Below are positions 1 to 13,400 of a DNA stretch of 64,000 bases, piece by piece. The notes beneath the pieces are model-generated. The model did not search any database and was not told where the DNA came from. It saw only the letters and a list, made by a program, of their open reading frames with translations. The stretch spans positions 62,001-126,000 of the forward strand of contig MU271223.1 in assembly GCA_021432655.1 (NCBI GenBank). Reading direction: 5' to 3'. The translations under genes and the position numbers were made by a program. The DNA is from Atractiella rhizophila (lineage: Eukaryota). How positions within the stretch are numbered: position 1 is the first letter of the stretch; every line of letters begins with the position of its first letter.

Positions 1-105
1 GCAGCGATGATTTTGGAGAAGAGATGGAAGGAGTGGGAGGAACAGAGGGAGTTGGAGGAGAGAGAGGGGTTGAGAAGTAGGAAGAGGAGAAGGTTCACCG
101 TTTGA
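1..105 (+). CDS. 3' end of an unidentified upstream gene (partial)
   Basis: Open frame from base 1 (AAMILEKRWKEWEEQRELEEREGLRSRKRRRFTV*), purine-rich and coding-like, stop at 103-105. Confidence 0.45.
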   Translation, partial: AAMILEKRWKEWEEQRELEEREGLRSRKRRRFTV

Positions 106-402
106 CCCATCTTCGTCGGCTCTTTTTCGTCTTGTTTGTTCTCTTGATGTTTTTGTGACACGAATTCGAGCACATAGTCGTATTCCTTCCATTTGTTGGG
201 TATGCTGTGCATTTCGGTACGTTCTTTGAGGCCAGTTGTCTGTTCCATTGGAGCTTTCTCATGCAATATGGATCTTGGGCTTTCTCTCTCACAGTCGTCC
301 CCTACTCAGACCTAGTACATGGAGCAAAATTGAGGTCCAAACAACATGGATTTCATGAAAGCACGAAGGAGCATGTAGGCATACGATTCATCAATCAGTC
401 GC

Positions 403-1771
403 TTAAGGAGCTAAACCACAAAATCAGCAATCCGCTTTAATGACTGAGACGGGAAACTCACCATGAAGAGTTTGCAAAAACTCTGCGCTCTTCTTAATCG
501 GTTCAACCTTGTGGCCCTTCTTCTTTCCGCCCTTCTTAACCCTCTCTTCTTCAAGGATCTCCAACCTCTTCGCGGTCTTAGCGTAGGGGTTAAGTCTGAA
601 GAGGACTGCGCGGTTCTTGAGAGGATTCTTCTTTTGAGTGTGAGGTCGCTTCGTGAATTTAGTTCCCTTGGGTGCGTTGAGGATGGACTGGATCTCAGTG
701 CTGTTAATCAGACGCGTGATATCGGGGTTTGCGATTTTAGCAACGGGAAGGCTTGGACGCGAAATCAGTCAGGTGATTGTAGGAGGAGGATGACAACGCA
801 CTTGAAGTCCTTCTTGAGGGTAGCAGCTTTCTCAAAGGTACCATAGACCTCATCGAGAGCAGCGAAGGCGGATTCGGTCCAGATAACAAAACGACCTAGA
901 TGTCCACCAGGAGCGAGTTGGAGGAGGTTGAGAGCCTTTACGCTCGCAGTCTCAACACCAGGGACGTTCCTGAAAGCCCTGACGATGCCCCTATCCTCGT
1001 TATAAATCACGAGGGGACCTCGTCGCTGCCTGTACCTTCTTCCCCTCATCTTGCCTTTTCCTGCCCTCATCTTCTTGCTGTTGATAACCCTCTCAATATC
1101 GTGGTAAGCTCCAAGAGTCTTCAAAAGTGTGACTGCCTCCTTGGTCTTGGTGGTCTCTTCGATGGAGGAGGCGAGGACGAGAGGAACCTCCTCAACTTCG
1201 GAAATCGAGTGACCGCGAGCAAGGACGAGGGAGGGGACGGCAGTAGCGGCGAGAGCGGAGACGAGCGCATAGCGCTTCTGTTGAAGAGGGACTTTGACAT
1301 GGAACTTGCGCCAGATCCTGGTAGGAGCAAACATGCGACCACCCCTGCACATGTTGCCAAAGGCAGCCTAACCAAACGTTGCAATCAGCCCACTGTCCAT
1401 CACATTACCCTCTCCAGCAATTTATCTTTCCAATAAGTGGTATAGAAAAGAAACATACCTGACCAGCTCGTTGAGTTCCGGATCCCCCAACCCTTGGAAT
1501 ACGGGCTACAGCCCTTCCCGTACCCCAAGACTCAGCAGAGGTCTGGTGACCGGCTTTTCTCGAGACGGCATATGGTTGTCTCCTATTCTTGGCGACGGAT
1601 TTGTGAACCGCTTGGACGATATCGTTACGGATGGGAGCGGTGAGCACAGATGGTAAGGGGAGGGTGCTGCTGGAGCTCCCGTCCGCTCCTCGGACATTGA
1701 CAACCTAGCAGATTCATGTTAGCTGACGGCTAGAAAGGAGCAACGGAACAACTTACTGCGCGGCTAGCCAT
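403..1771 (-). CDS. RPL4: 60S ribosomal protein L4 (uL4), multi-exon
   Basis: Motifs [66 protein letters not shown] at 1769-1771 followed by a GTAAGT donor; last micro-exon ends LHAP-TAA at 403. Confidence 0.97.
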
Positions 1772-2023
1772 TTGACGTACCTTCAAATTTTGGAGAGGAG
1801 AAAGTGAGCACAGGAAAATAAGGAAGCCTCACTTATTTTACCAGATAAGCTTTGACCAGTTTTACAAGGTTCCGATGAAGGTTCCCCTACCTCGAAGTTG
1901 TTACCTCGCGTCCAGAATCCAGACTGGTTGAAAGAGCCTAGCCCTGGACCTGGAGCAAGCACCATTGAAGGTTGACCGGATGAGTCTCACGAATTAAGCG
2001 CATGTAGTGAGTTTCTTGAAGGA

Positions 2024-4151
2024 ATGGCTGCGAACAACCGCTACGTTCATGTTTGTCCCTTAATTATGATTCGCCCTACTGTAACATTGCTGATGAGGTT
2101 CGCAGAGTTCAACATCTTCAAGCCCTTACCCCACTCAGAACCGGCCAGAAAATACGTTTGGCGTGGTGGCACCTACTCCCTGCTTCCCTCCGCCCAATCC
2201 GTCCGCTTCCCGTCCAGGAGCTCAAGTGCAACCCGCCCTTAATTTCCCCACTTTCAACGTCTGGGAATACGTCGGCTCGAGTACTTCTTCTAAAGGTCAT
2301 GAATATAACGCAAATAATCACATCAGGGGTCGAGGAGCTCCAGGCTCGAATAGAGGAGGCTTGAGAACTGGAAGCATGACAACTCCCGCCGCTACGCCAG
2401 CTGTTCCAAACTTTCAAAACCAGAATGTTCAACATCAACAACAGCAACGTGGTCATTATAGAGGTCATCAATCGACTTTCTACAATCCATCACCGCCCTT
2501 GCCTACCAGACCGCCGCTCTCAGTCCATATGCCACAAGGACGAGGACCGTCATCAAATCACCGCTGGTCCTCGAACCATGGTTTTCATCCTCCAGTCTCT
2601 CATCCTCCTCCCCAGCCCAGTATTTCTCAACCCGTGGCCTCATTTCCGCCGTGGCCGCAAAGAGGCAGAGGTCGACCTCCCCGGCACTTCCAATCTTATC
2701 ACCATCAGGAGACGCCTCTTCCCTTGCGCTCTGGACCTCCTCCACCTCCACCTCATCCTCGGCGCTCCCGTCCATCCAATCAATCTACCGCATCCAGCTC
2801 TACTACAGGTACCACCGGGACCTCCGAGCTTCTCGACCCCTTCTTCTCACTCACCCTCTCCTCCTCATCCTCCTCCAGATCCTCCAGCCCTAACCATTCC
2901 ATTTCTCCCTCCCCTCAGGCATGCACTCTCGATTTGCTCTCTCCACCCACATCATCTCCAGCTCTGCCTTCAGCTGTGAACTCTCAACTCGCAGGTTGGA
3001 ATGCGCTCTCAAAAGCTGAGGACAATGCCGTGGATAAAGGGTGGGAAGTGGATGAGGAAGAAGCGGTAGAGGAGGAATGGGAGGGACTGTGGTGGTCTAG
3101 AAATCATATTAACGCGCCTCGTCACACCGAGATGACAGAATCGCAAATGAAGAGACAGCGCCGCAAAGCTGCAAAAGATGCGAAGCTGCATTCGCTCCCT
3201 CCTCAGCCCGAATATCCCTCGTACGATCGCAGACCAGACTTCGAATTGGCGCCCGTGGCACTGGATTGTGAGATGGTGGGTGTTGGTGTGAAAGGACGCA
3301 CGAGCGTGGTCGCACGGGTTAGCATCGTTGGAGAGAACGGAGAGAAATTATTAGATACCTTCGTTGCCCCAAATAAAGGAGAGGTCGTGACCGATTATCG
3401 GAGCAAGTGGAGCGGCGTGAGAGAGGAGAACTTGATAGGTGGTCAGTCTCTCTTCATCCTTCTTCATGTGCATTAGTAATAGACAAACGCTACGACAACA
3501 GCACCCGGCAGGGAAGTGGTAAGGAAGCGCGTGCTTGAGCTAATCCAAGGGAGAATAGTGGTTGGACATGATCTCGGACACGATTTTCAAGTATGATTCT
3601 GTCCATTCAGGTCTAGGATTACAATCCTAATGCGACTTTAGGTGCTCAACATAACGCACCCGCCGCATCTCATTCGTGATACAGCATACTATCCCCCCTT
3701 CCGTGCCCTCCTACTCGATCCACCTCTTTATGAGCTGAAACAAACGAGTGAACACAAGGCATTTAACACCTCTGTCGTAGCTATTGAATCCGACTCGATA
3801 GCTCGGACATCTAGCGCGATTTCTGCGGTGCCCTTGAAGGAGGAAGACAAGAATACGCGGCGGCATCCAAACCTGCGACCGTCACTCAAGTTTCTATGTG
3901 CGACGGTACTAGATCGAAAGATCCAGGGAGGTGAACATGATTCATTCGAGGATGCGAAAGGGGCTATGGACTTGTATATCAAGCATAGGGCGATGTGGGA
4001 GGAGAAGTTGGGAAATAGAATCGCTGCCATAGCAGAAGAACCCGACTCGAAAGAGCTAGCTGGGTTGAGGCATTGTGTCGTGAAGTCTGAGTTTGTTCTT
4101 GTACGCAACGCATTCGATCTTCATCCTGTGAAAACTAACAGGTCTTCGTAG
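2024..4151 (+). CDS. REX4: REX4-like DEDDh 3'-5' RNA exonuclease with long Pro/Ser-rich N-terminus
   Basis: VALDCEMVGVG, VTDYRSKWSGV, IVVGHDLGHDF, IRDTAYYPPF, PSLKFL, IQGGEHDSFEDA; divergent from RPL4. Confidence 0.85.
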
Positions 4152-4582
4152 GTCGTGATTGTATCGTTCTCAAGCAGCAAGCAAAGTTGTATTGGTGGTG
4201 AACTGTGAAGTCGAATGTATGTTCTATTTCTTGGCCGTGCGAGGTTGTTCCTGCTCAAGCTCCACACCACGATCCACAGCAGAATCGAGTCGTGAGGCTC
4301 CTCAGACCAGCAACCAATCTCAGCATGGTAATTCCTGGGTGGTGCATCCATCCTTGACTGTGGCACGCAGAAAGACTAATTGATTGGAGGCGTAATGAGA
4401 ATAAAGTTAGGCAAAATCATTTCCCCCACGATCGGACCGCATTCTTCCACCCCCATCAACCTCAAATGTTCGGATAGGTTCGCAGGCACAGGCATATAAA
4501 CAACTGCTCAGCTCCCCTCCTCTCGGCTTCACCACAACAAGCCTGCTGATCTTGTGTCAAGTCGAGCGAAGAAGATCCAACG

Positions 4583-7500
4583 ATGACTTCCCACAAACAC
4601 TTCATCAAAGACCCCACCAAGCTCGTCGTTGAATCCCTTCAAGGGCTTACCTATCTCGATCCATCTCTCCAGCTCGAGGTGGAACAGAAGGTGCTGCATC
4701 TACCAAACTACGATAAAAGGGTACATTTGATTTCTGGTGGAGGATCGGGACACGAGCCCAGTGCGTTTTCGTTTAGAGAAAGCTGGATTTATCCTGATGG
4801 ATGCCTTTGGTGGATAGGTCACGCCGCTTTCGTGAGCAAAGATGGCCCACTTAGTGCTGCTGTCTGTGGAGAGGTGTTCGCCAGTCCCAATAGCTCTCAG
4901 GTGGAATGGGCAGTAGAGGACATAATGGGACGAGGCGGCGATGGGTGCGTATTTCCTGCTTCTTGTTGAAGGCACCGGACGCATTGGGAGTTACTTTTCT
5001 TCTTGATTCCTCTTTGGACTTGCGCATCGTAAAAGTTGCAGTAAGCCACCGGCATTATGACCAAGAATATGCAGTACTTCCTCTATTATTTGCCTTCCCG
5101 TGTGAAACGCGTTTATTTTCTTCAGCATTAATTCATGCGATCGATCTGAAAGGTCTATTACTTGGTTTAATCTTTTCATTTCTCCTTTTGTAACAAATCT
5201 CCTGTCTAATTCCGCTTGAGCACTCCTCGAACAAAATATTTAACAGCCTGTGAAGATATGTGATCGATTCTGTGCTGGATCCCTATCTCAACACAAATCC
5301 TCCAAATGTCTGTTCAGTTAGAAGGGTTGAGCGCCAATATCTTTCTCAGGGGAAGTTGAAGCAATGGAGGGAGGAGCAAACAACTACTTCAGATGGGACA
5401 ACCTGCCTTAATTCTGTGTCTCCACACTATTGGGTCCTCTGATCGAACCAGAGGCCACCTCACAAATTCTTTGCATCCACTCGATGCCAACGCACTTGAA
5501 ATGTCGCGAAATCTGCTTCTTTTTCAATGCCATCGACATGGTAACGCATGATCTAGTCGTGGTTTTCAGCGATCATGATAATCAGCACTGCAAAACTTCA
5601 CGAGAAGCTCGTGATTGGCTAACAAATCTAGTTGACAGCCCAACCCTACAGCAATCTTCAACTATTCTCGGCGTCACATTTACGTTTATTGAACAGCACT
5701 TTAGTTGCACTGAACGTCCTTCTATCTGAGATGACTGATCAGATCGTGGCGTATCTTGCACCAGTTCTTGTGCCCATATTCAGAGGTGGGACGGGATCTC
5801 GATTATCATCGTCACTGTCCTCTCCTGCTTTGAAATAACTACGCCATGATTTGGGAGATTAAACAAGCGTTTTGGCACTGTAAAATCCCATTGGAAAGAA
5901 TTCTGGCTTTAGCTCAGTTTTAATCTTCCCACTCGCCCCGCGGCTCTGCATTTGTTGCCTGTCATGGTGGTCGTTGTCAATCTTGTCGGACTCTGAGCTG
6001 AGTTTGAAGTGTGCCATGGAAGGCTTTGCACCTTACTTCCCATTAAAAACCATAATTTTATATAGAAGCAGTTGGTTCTTCCATCGCTGGAATTGACTAC
6101 CTTAAGCTTCTAGAAGCATGCTGATCCCTGACCGTTTTGAACAGTGTCATTCTGGTTGTGAAAAATTACACCGGTTTGTTGAGCCCTGAGCCCAAAGCGT
6201 TGGACCTAAAGTCACCGTCCAGGCGATCTCCTTCACTTCGGAATTGCGCTGGAACGGTTCACTGCTTCTCACCCTGACAAGAGAGATCGCGTTCGGATGG
6301 TGGTTGTTGGTAAGCATCAGATCGGTCTCCATTGTATTAGCTAAATTCGGTCTAGGTGATGATGTCGCGGTTGGAAGAAAACAAGTGAGGCTTCCAAACC
6401 CGAAAATCAAACGAAGTTAAACCGTTCGCCCAGGGTGGTCTAGTCGGAAGGCGAGGTCTGACTGGGACATGTCTTGTGTACAAAGTAAGTCGCGTTCACT
6501 TTGCTAAGTGCCTACTTAATTGGACGATAGATTGCCTCTGCAGCAGCTATCAAAGGGTTGGTCTAGTCTTTGATGGCTTGGAACAAGTCTGAACCAGTGT
6601 TTTAAAGATTTACGCTTGATCAAACTCAGTTCGTAGCAGAAGTGATCTCTCAACGATGTGTCACCTACGGTGTTGTAAGTTTGAGTTCTGCCCACTCCCA
6701 ATCTTTGACATTATCATGGAAAGTCCCTCGGCCACTGCCATGTTCCTGGAACTGGTCATTCAGGTTCGGGATTAACAGACGAGGAGATGGAGATCGGAAT
6801 GGGCAAGTGTCCTCTGATAGCATCTTTTCGAGGATCCTTATTCGGGTAAACTGACAGGTATTCATAACGAGCCGGGTAATAGGAAGACCAAAATCTCTAC
6901 CACCGACAAGGTTGTGGATGAACTACTTCGCGCGTTGACCACTTCTGCGGCGGACGACGTTGATAAGGGCTTCTCCAATTTCAAGAGTGAGACCTTTTTC
7001 GGTCCCATATACCTTTTTGACGGCTATCGCAGAGGATGGAACCGATGAGGTCGTCCTCCTGGTCAACAACTTGGGCGGTATTTCGGACCTCGAGTTCGGC
7101 CACATTGTACGAGAGGCTGGAGCTTGGTTGGAGAAGAGCGGTTACAAAGTTCGACGGTAAGCGTCATCTTGTTCTTATTCATCACCACTGATCTTTCTTT
7201 CGGCAGCGCACTTGCTGGCCCCTACATGACTTCATTGAACATGTACGTCCACCTTAAGGTTACATTGGCGTTTGCGTTGAGGATGTCTGCAGGCCAGGGT
7301 TCAGCATCACCCTCCTCCACCTTCCTGCTCAGCCCCTGGCCATTCCTGACGGTTTCCCATCTAACCTCACTCCGTCCGAATCTGTGCCCACTGGAGGCTT
7401 TTCTATCGATAAGGAGACGATCTTGGAACTACTCGATGCGCCGACTGCCGCCAGGGGATGGAAGGTTGGTTATCAACCCGGATCGACGAAAGATCAACCT

Positions 7501-8472
7501 CAACAAAAGGCGAAGAAAGTTGAAGAGGCAAAGTCAACAGAGATTGGGCTTAAAAGTATGATCTGACCTGGTCACAACTACGGAGAAACTGATGATCAAA
7601 ACTACAGTCGCGAACCCGGAGCTGTTCATCAAGGCCATCAAGACCGCTTGCGAGAAGGTCATTGCTGCTGAGCCTGAAATCACTAAGGCAGACACGATCT
7701 TGGGCGATGGGTGAGCTTTCTCTTCACCTCTCTAGATAACCGTACTCAACATTGTTTGCAGAGATGCAGGATTGACCCTAAAGGGTGGGGCGGAAGGTTC
7801 GTTCTTTTGGATATCTGACGGCTGCACACAGCGCTGAACAACATTGACACAGCAATGTTGCAGAAGGTGTCGGACGAGAGCATTTCGTCCACTGATCTGA
7901 TCGCTGCTTGTCTTACCATCTCCGACGTCGTAGAAACGAAGATGGGCGGAACATCAGGTGGCCTTTATTCCATCTTTTTCAATGGGTTGGCGAAAGGTTT
8001 GAGGACAGCGAAGGAAGAGAAAGGAGCAACAGAAGCGAACCAAGAAGTCTGGGCACGAGGTCTCGATTTGGCTCTCAACACCTTGTATGGCTATACGAGA
8101 GCTCGACCGTGCGTCTCATTCCTGTCAAACTGTGTTCTCGCACTGATGACTGATGATTTCCTGGGACTCAGACCGTCAAGGACGCTCATTGATCCTCTCA
8201 CTGCTTTCATCATCACTCTTTCTTCGGGTACCACAGACTTCTCCGGAGCTGTTAAGGCCGCGACTGAGGCGGCTGATGCCACCAGCACTTTGGAAGCGAA
8301 GGCGGGACGAGCAGCCTACGTTGAACAGGATACTGTTAAAGAGAGTAAGTTTCTGTCCCCCAACTTCGCAAGTATGCTTAGTATGAAATGTGTAGGCAAC
8401 GTCCCCGATGCTGGAGCTACGGGGGTCAAGGTCATTTTGCAAGCTATCGAGAGCACAATCCTCAACAAGTGA
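4583..8472 (+). CDS. DAK1: Dihydroxyacetone kinase (Dak1+Dak2 domains), many introns including a 1.2-kb intron
   Basis: ISGGGSGHEP, GEVFASP, VKNYTG, GDDVAVGR, GRRGL, LVNNLGG, MGGTSGGLYSIF, RTLIDPL, AKAGRAAYV, VPDAGA; TATAAA near 4495. Confidence 0.95.
4945..6144 (+). other. Unusually long (1200 bp) intron of the DAK gene
   Basis: GTGCGT donor at 4945, GCTGAT branch near 6120, AACAG acceptor at 6144; joining the flanks restores GGDG-VILVVKNYTG in frame. Confidence 0.85.
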
Positions 8473-9572
8473 ACGGAAATATTGAACTGTATCAGCCTGA
8501 AACGAACATGTTGCACGGAAATCTGGGGCCAAAGGACATCTGAAGAAACAAAGGAAACCAATTGCCTGTACTAACACCAATATTGCTATTGGAACTTATC
8601 GATGATGAATGAAAGATTGATGTTATTTCTCATTCGCCGTATGCGTTGGGCGATATTATACAAGAACAGAGTGTAAAGGAAAGCTTCTTTGAACGAGTAA
8701 TGGCAAAGGGGAGGAAGAACTGTACATAAACAAGTGTACATATGCGAAGGGAAAATTCGGCCCATCGAAACCATGGGGAGCGATTGGGTTTTTCGATGTC
8801 CTCTAAATTGAAGAATTACTAGAATGCCGGATCGTGGAGAAAGATGAACAGGTGGATGAGAAGGAAGAGGAAAAAGAGATGGGCCGAAGGGTGGAAGAAA
8901 TGGAAGAGGGATATTGAAAGTGGTCTCTGAGGTATATAGCAAAGTACTTCGTAAACTAGAAAAAATTCAATCAACAGGCATGATCTTTGGTCTTGAAACA
9001 GAACAAATCTTGATCGATTCAACCATCCAAACTCAAAGCAAAGCAATCAGATCAGAATCAAAGCAACCTGAGAATATAAAACTTTTAGAAGGGCGAAATC
9101 GGGGGAAAACACATAGAAATTTATCACATGTAAATCACATTGTTTGGTTGTGAGATTGGTTGTGAAGATGTGAGGGAGCAAATCAACACGGAATGGGATG
9201 AATGACCGATTGATGGATGAACAGATTGGAATTTTCGAGACGATCAAGCAGACAGGCACAACCATTTATTTTGAGGTTCCGATCGGCCGGCAAGAGATGA
9301 AATGATGGAGGAAACGAGGGCAGGGTCGAGGTGATGGCGCACCTGGACTCATGATAAACGTGTGAGAGGTGAGATCGGTCGAGAGATGATGGCACCAACC
9401 GGAAGCTGAGGTGAATGTGCGAGGCAGAAATGAATAAAGAGAATTGCGACGAGTCGGAAGGCTTCAGAGCAGGAAAGCCCATAGGCGGTTGATCACGATG
9501 GAGAGAGACCATTCTGGAAGAATCGTAGCGTGACAACAGAAAGGTGAAGTCGGCGAAGGACGACAGCGGAAG

Positions 9573-10109
9573 TCACCGTGGCGTCAAGATCGCTGCTTTT
9601 CCGGTGCAGACGAAGTGACCAGCCTGTCGAATGAATTGGCATCAGCTCTCATTTCGTCTCTTTAAAGTAATGTAGCGGGAGTCACACCTCGTTCATCCTC
9701 GTCTCCGCTTGCAATAAAGCGTTCCCTCCGAGCTGTGCGACCCTATCTCTCTCTTCAGTGCCTGTCACGCGAGAGGGAGAAAGTGAATGCACGAACCTCA
9801 GGCGAGCTTTTTTCATCGCCTCCTCTCTTCTCGCCATCATCGTGAGTTCTCTCGGGTCTACTCCGTGCACTGGGGTCATGGGCGTAAGAGGTCCAGTTGA
9901 CCAATGGTTGGCCGTAGATCTCTCGGACACGTCCCCTCTGTACTCCAGCACATGGTATCCTGGGGTCTTCGCGTCTCCATAAACGACTGCTGAGGTTATT
10001 AAAAGGACATCAAGGACGCACACTCAACGTTTCGAAGACCTGCAAGTCAAGATCAAGAGTTAGTTTACAAGTTCATAGGCGCTGGCATTGGAGGAACACA
10101 CCAAGACAT
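9573..10109 (-). CDS. YbjQ/UPF0145-like small protein (putative heavy-metal-binding family), multi-exon; start uncertain
   Basis: TPGYHVLEYRGDV ... ELTMMARREEAMKKA..AQLGGNALL ... HFVCTGKAAILTPR* resembles the YbjQ pattern (PGY.v.eylG.V / ReeA......lGaNAv / tGtAv). Confidence 0.6.
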
Positions 10110-10497
10110 TCAGATAGGACATCTACCCAGAATTGCATCAAGTAAGAGATCTGATAGTGAAGCTGATGTTACAATGGAGGGCATGAAAATATAAGCTAAT
10201 GATTTGCGATGTCCAGCGAGCGATGGTCGACGGGTGAAAACTTTGGAGCTGGGTGCGGGAGATTGTCGTGACAGGTTCGGCACCTTGTTCAGTATGCTTT
10301 CTCCTCAGCCTAATGACGCTTGCCGCCTCTACCCCGTCTACCCCAGCCTTTTATGCAAATGGGGCTAACCTTGTGCTTTCGACCAAAAGCTGTCATTCAA
10401 CGTCAAATTCATTCCAAAACTCGCAAAGAAATCAACAAAAACAAAAGTAAAGGCATATAAATCGTCGGCAAATTGAGTAATGTCATCAAGCACCGAA

Positions 10498-13400
10498 TCA
10501 CCAGCGTCCTCCACCTGATCCTCGAGCACCGGGGGGTCGGTATGCAGTCTTCTTCGCAACAGTTTGAAATCCGTCTTCCGCTGCATCATCATCAGAGTTA
10601 ACAAACCCATAAACACAATTTGCAACAGCAGAAGCACACCTTGATCCTTCTTGTCCTCCTTCTGACTTTGCTGAGCTCTGTTTGATGTCCATTTCCCACT
10701 GGAGGCGGAAGCAGGATTCTCCGCGCTGTCTCCTCCTCTCCGCCACTCACCGCCAGCACTAGCTGCAGCTGGCGTAGCAACCCTTTCGGGAGGGACAGGG
10801 CTCTCAGATCGTTGCGGCGTTGTCGCACCCCTTGGAGTATTCGCGCCAGACTCAAGTCTTGCCTTCTCCCTCTCCCTCCATCCGCCACCCTTGCCGCCAA
10901 ACAATGGCCTCCTCTCGCCAGTCCCAGTAGGAGTAGCGGTCCCAGATGAAGGAGCGGCTGCAACAGGCGTGACAGGCGTGACAGGGGCTGGCGAAGAAGG
11001 AGCATTGGAACCACGCCATGTTGCTGATCCGACCGTGTTTCGGTTGTTCCTTTCTTTCTCCAGGCGGCGCAATTCAGCCTCTTCTTCTCTCATCCGTTGT
11101 CGGGCGATCTTCTCTTCGTCCTGACGACGTTCTTCCGCTCGCTGTTCCGCCAATTTCCTCTTCCTTTCTTCAATCTCCGCTCTTTCCCGTTCTTCCTCTT
11201 CTTCCCGAGCTTTTCGTTCCGCCTCTTGACCTACAGCCAACATATGGTTAGTGTGCTAGACTAAGAAAGGTGGAGAAACAGACGTTCGGCCTCCTCTTTC
11301 CTCTTCGCTTCTTCCTCCGCTCTCCTCTCCTCTTCCTCCCTTGCGATTCTCCTCTCCTCTTTCTTTTGAGCAATAAACTGCTGTCTCCTTGCCTGCTTTT
11401 CCCTGTCCATCTCGGCCCACATCCTCTGTTCCCTCTCGCTTCCTCTCGCCTCTAGCTGACGTTTGAAAACAACATATTCATCCATAATGTCTTCCACAAT
11501 GGATTTCATCTTCAGGTTCTTCTCGTGTTTCTCCTTCGCCGATTGAAGAACTCTAATCTTCTCCCTCTCAAACGTCTCCCGCTCCATCGCCTTCTGGTGC
11601 TCGTAATCATCGGCCAACAAAGGCTTTTCCTCCCGGCGAATAGCTCGTTCGAAGTGATCTATACGCTTATGAGCGATACGTAACTTCTCCGCCAACTCTT
11701 TCCTCTCCTTCTCCATATGTTCGACCTGGATCTGTACCACTTTGGCAGTGTCGAGGGTATCATAGTTCTATGTTCATCATCAGTAAAACCTACACGGTAA
11801 CTCATGCAACTAGAAAACATACCACATTCTCAATCTTGATACCTGCCTTATCGAGGTTATCAACGAGGGCTTTGACATCCTGTTTCCTAATGTTCTCCAC
11901 AGTCTTCTTCGCTCTCTCGACTTCTGCTTTCCTCAACGCCTCCTTGGCCGCCTTTGCCTCCTGTTCAGCCCTCAACCTCGCAGCTACGGCTCTGTTATGA
12001 GCTTCTTCAGTCGCCCTTCTTGCAGCAAGCTCCTCCACAACTTCCTTTCGACGAGCAATCATCTTCTTCCTATTCTGGATCGTCAATCGATCTGCGGCTA
12101 CTTGAGTATCCAGAGCCTCAAAAGCTTTGGAAAGTCCAGCAGCGAGAAGAGATAGAGGACAGTCATCGGGATATACAGTATTGACGGTCTCTTCGAGGGT
12201 GACAGCAAAGTGTGTCAGGCGAGTTCGGAACGGCACAGTCGTCGAGTTGGGTAGAGGATCCTGAGAATAAGCAGACTCTTCAAAGCGGACCTCATCGGAC
12301 GAATGGTCGATAATGATCTTGATGTCCCCTCGCTTGCTGCTGTAAATCAAAAGCGCTTCGATCTCTTTCTCCGCCCCTTCTGCTCCATTACTCAAGTTGG
12401 CGAGTTTGAAGACCTTCGAAAGCTTGATGACCTTGTATATTTGTGCAAGCTCTTGGAAAAGTTTGATGACTGCAACCCTCTTGAGATGAGGAACGTAAGG
12501 GGCCAGTTTCGGGTTGGAGGAGATGGAGTCAAGGATGGGCGACAATCTGCTAGCAAGGGTAAGAGGATTGAACTGATCCTTCGATTCCAGCAGTTTGTAC
12601 GCCTCTACTAAAGCAGAGGGTACCCGCTTCATAACCAGACGGCTCGACTGCTGCAGCATTAGCACGGAGTCTAAAACAAACATAGCCATCTACTTACTGC
12701 TTCTTTCAACAATCGCTCCCTCGTCAGATTCCCGACCTCTCCTCCAAGTCCGACCAGACCAACATTCTTGCCTCCCTTCTTTCCATCTGCACCATCTGCG
12801 GTATTCAAGTAATTCGGAACGGCGAGAGCGCTGACGAGGACCAGAGGAGCAAGTTCGTCGAGTTCCTTTTCAATCTTTTCGCCTCCCCCAGCGCTCTTGA
12901 GGATTTCGAAAATTTTGGCAAAGCAAGTGGAGTGGAAAAGCATGTTCTCCCCAACGAGGAAGATCTTGGACATCTTCGAATAAAAGGTGATGAGGAGATT
13001 GGTCGATGAAGGAAGGGAATCAATCGTAGTGCTAGCTGAGGTCTTGACTTCCTTCTCCCCATCTTTTCCCTTCGGACCATGAATATTTGTTGCACCTCCC
13101 TTTTCCAAAAGTGCCCATAAATCCTCTCCAATCCTGTAGCCCTCAGCCCACATCTCCATACCCTCCTCCAAAGCACCATCGAGCATTCCAAATCGAATTT
13201 CGACCAATTTCGACAGTGTCTCGGTCTCAGAAAAATCGAGGGAATGGGTTTGATTCTGGTACTTGAGCGCAGAGGAAAGGTGGGACCTCAGAATATCCGA
13301 AAGGCGACGGAATTCAACTCGTCGCTTGTTGTCTAACAGGAAGCGGAGGGCTCTCAGGGCAACGGTCTAAGTAATCACAAACCACCCTCTCAACACTGAT

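Noticed and set aside
403..1771. Intronic snoRNAs, as in vertebrate RPL4
   Set aside because: The introns are too short and show no C/D box pairs.
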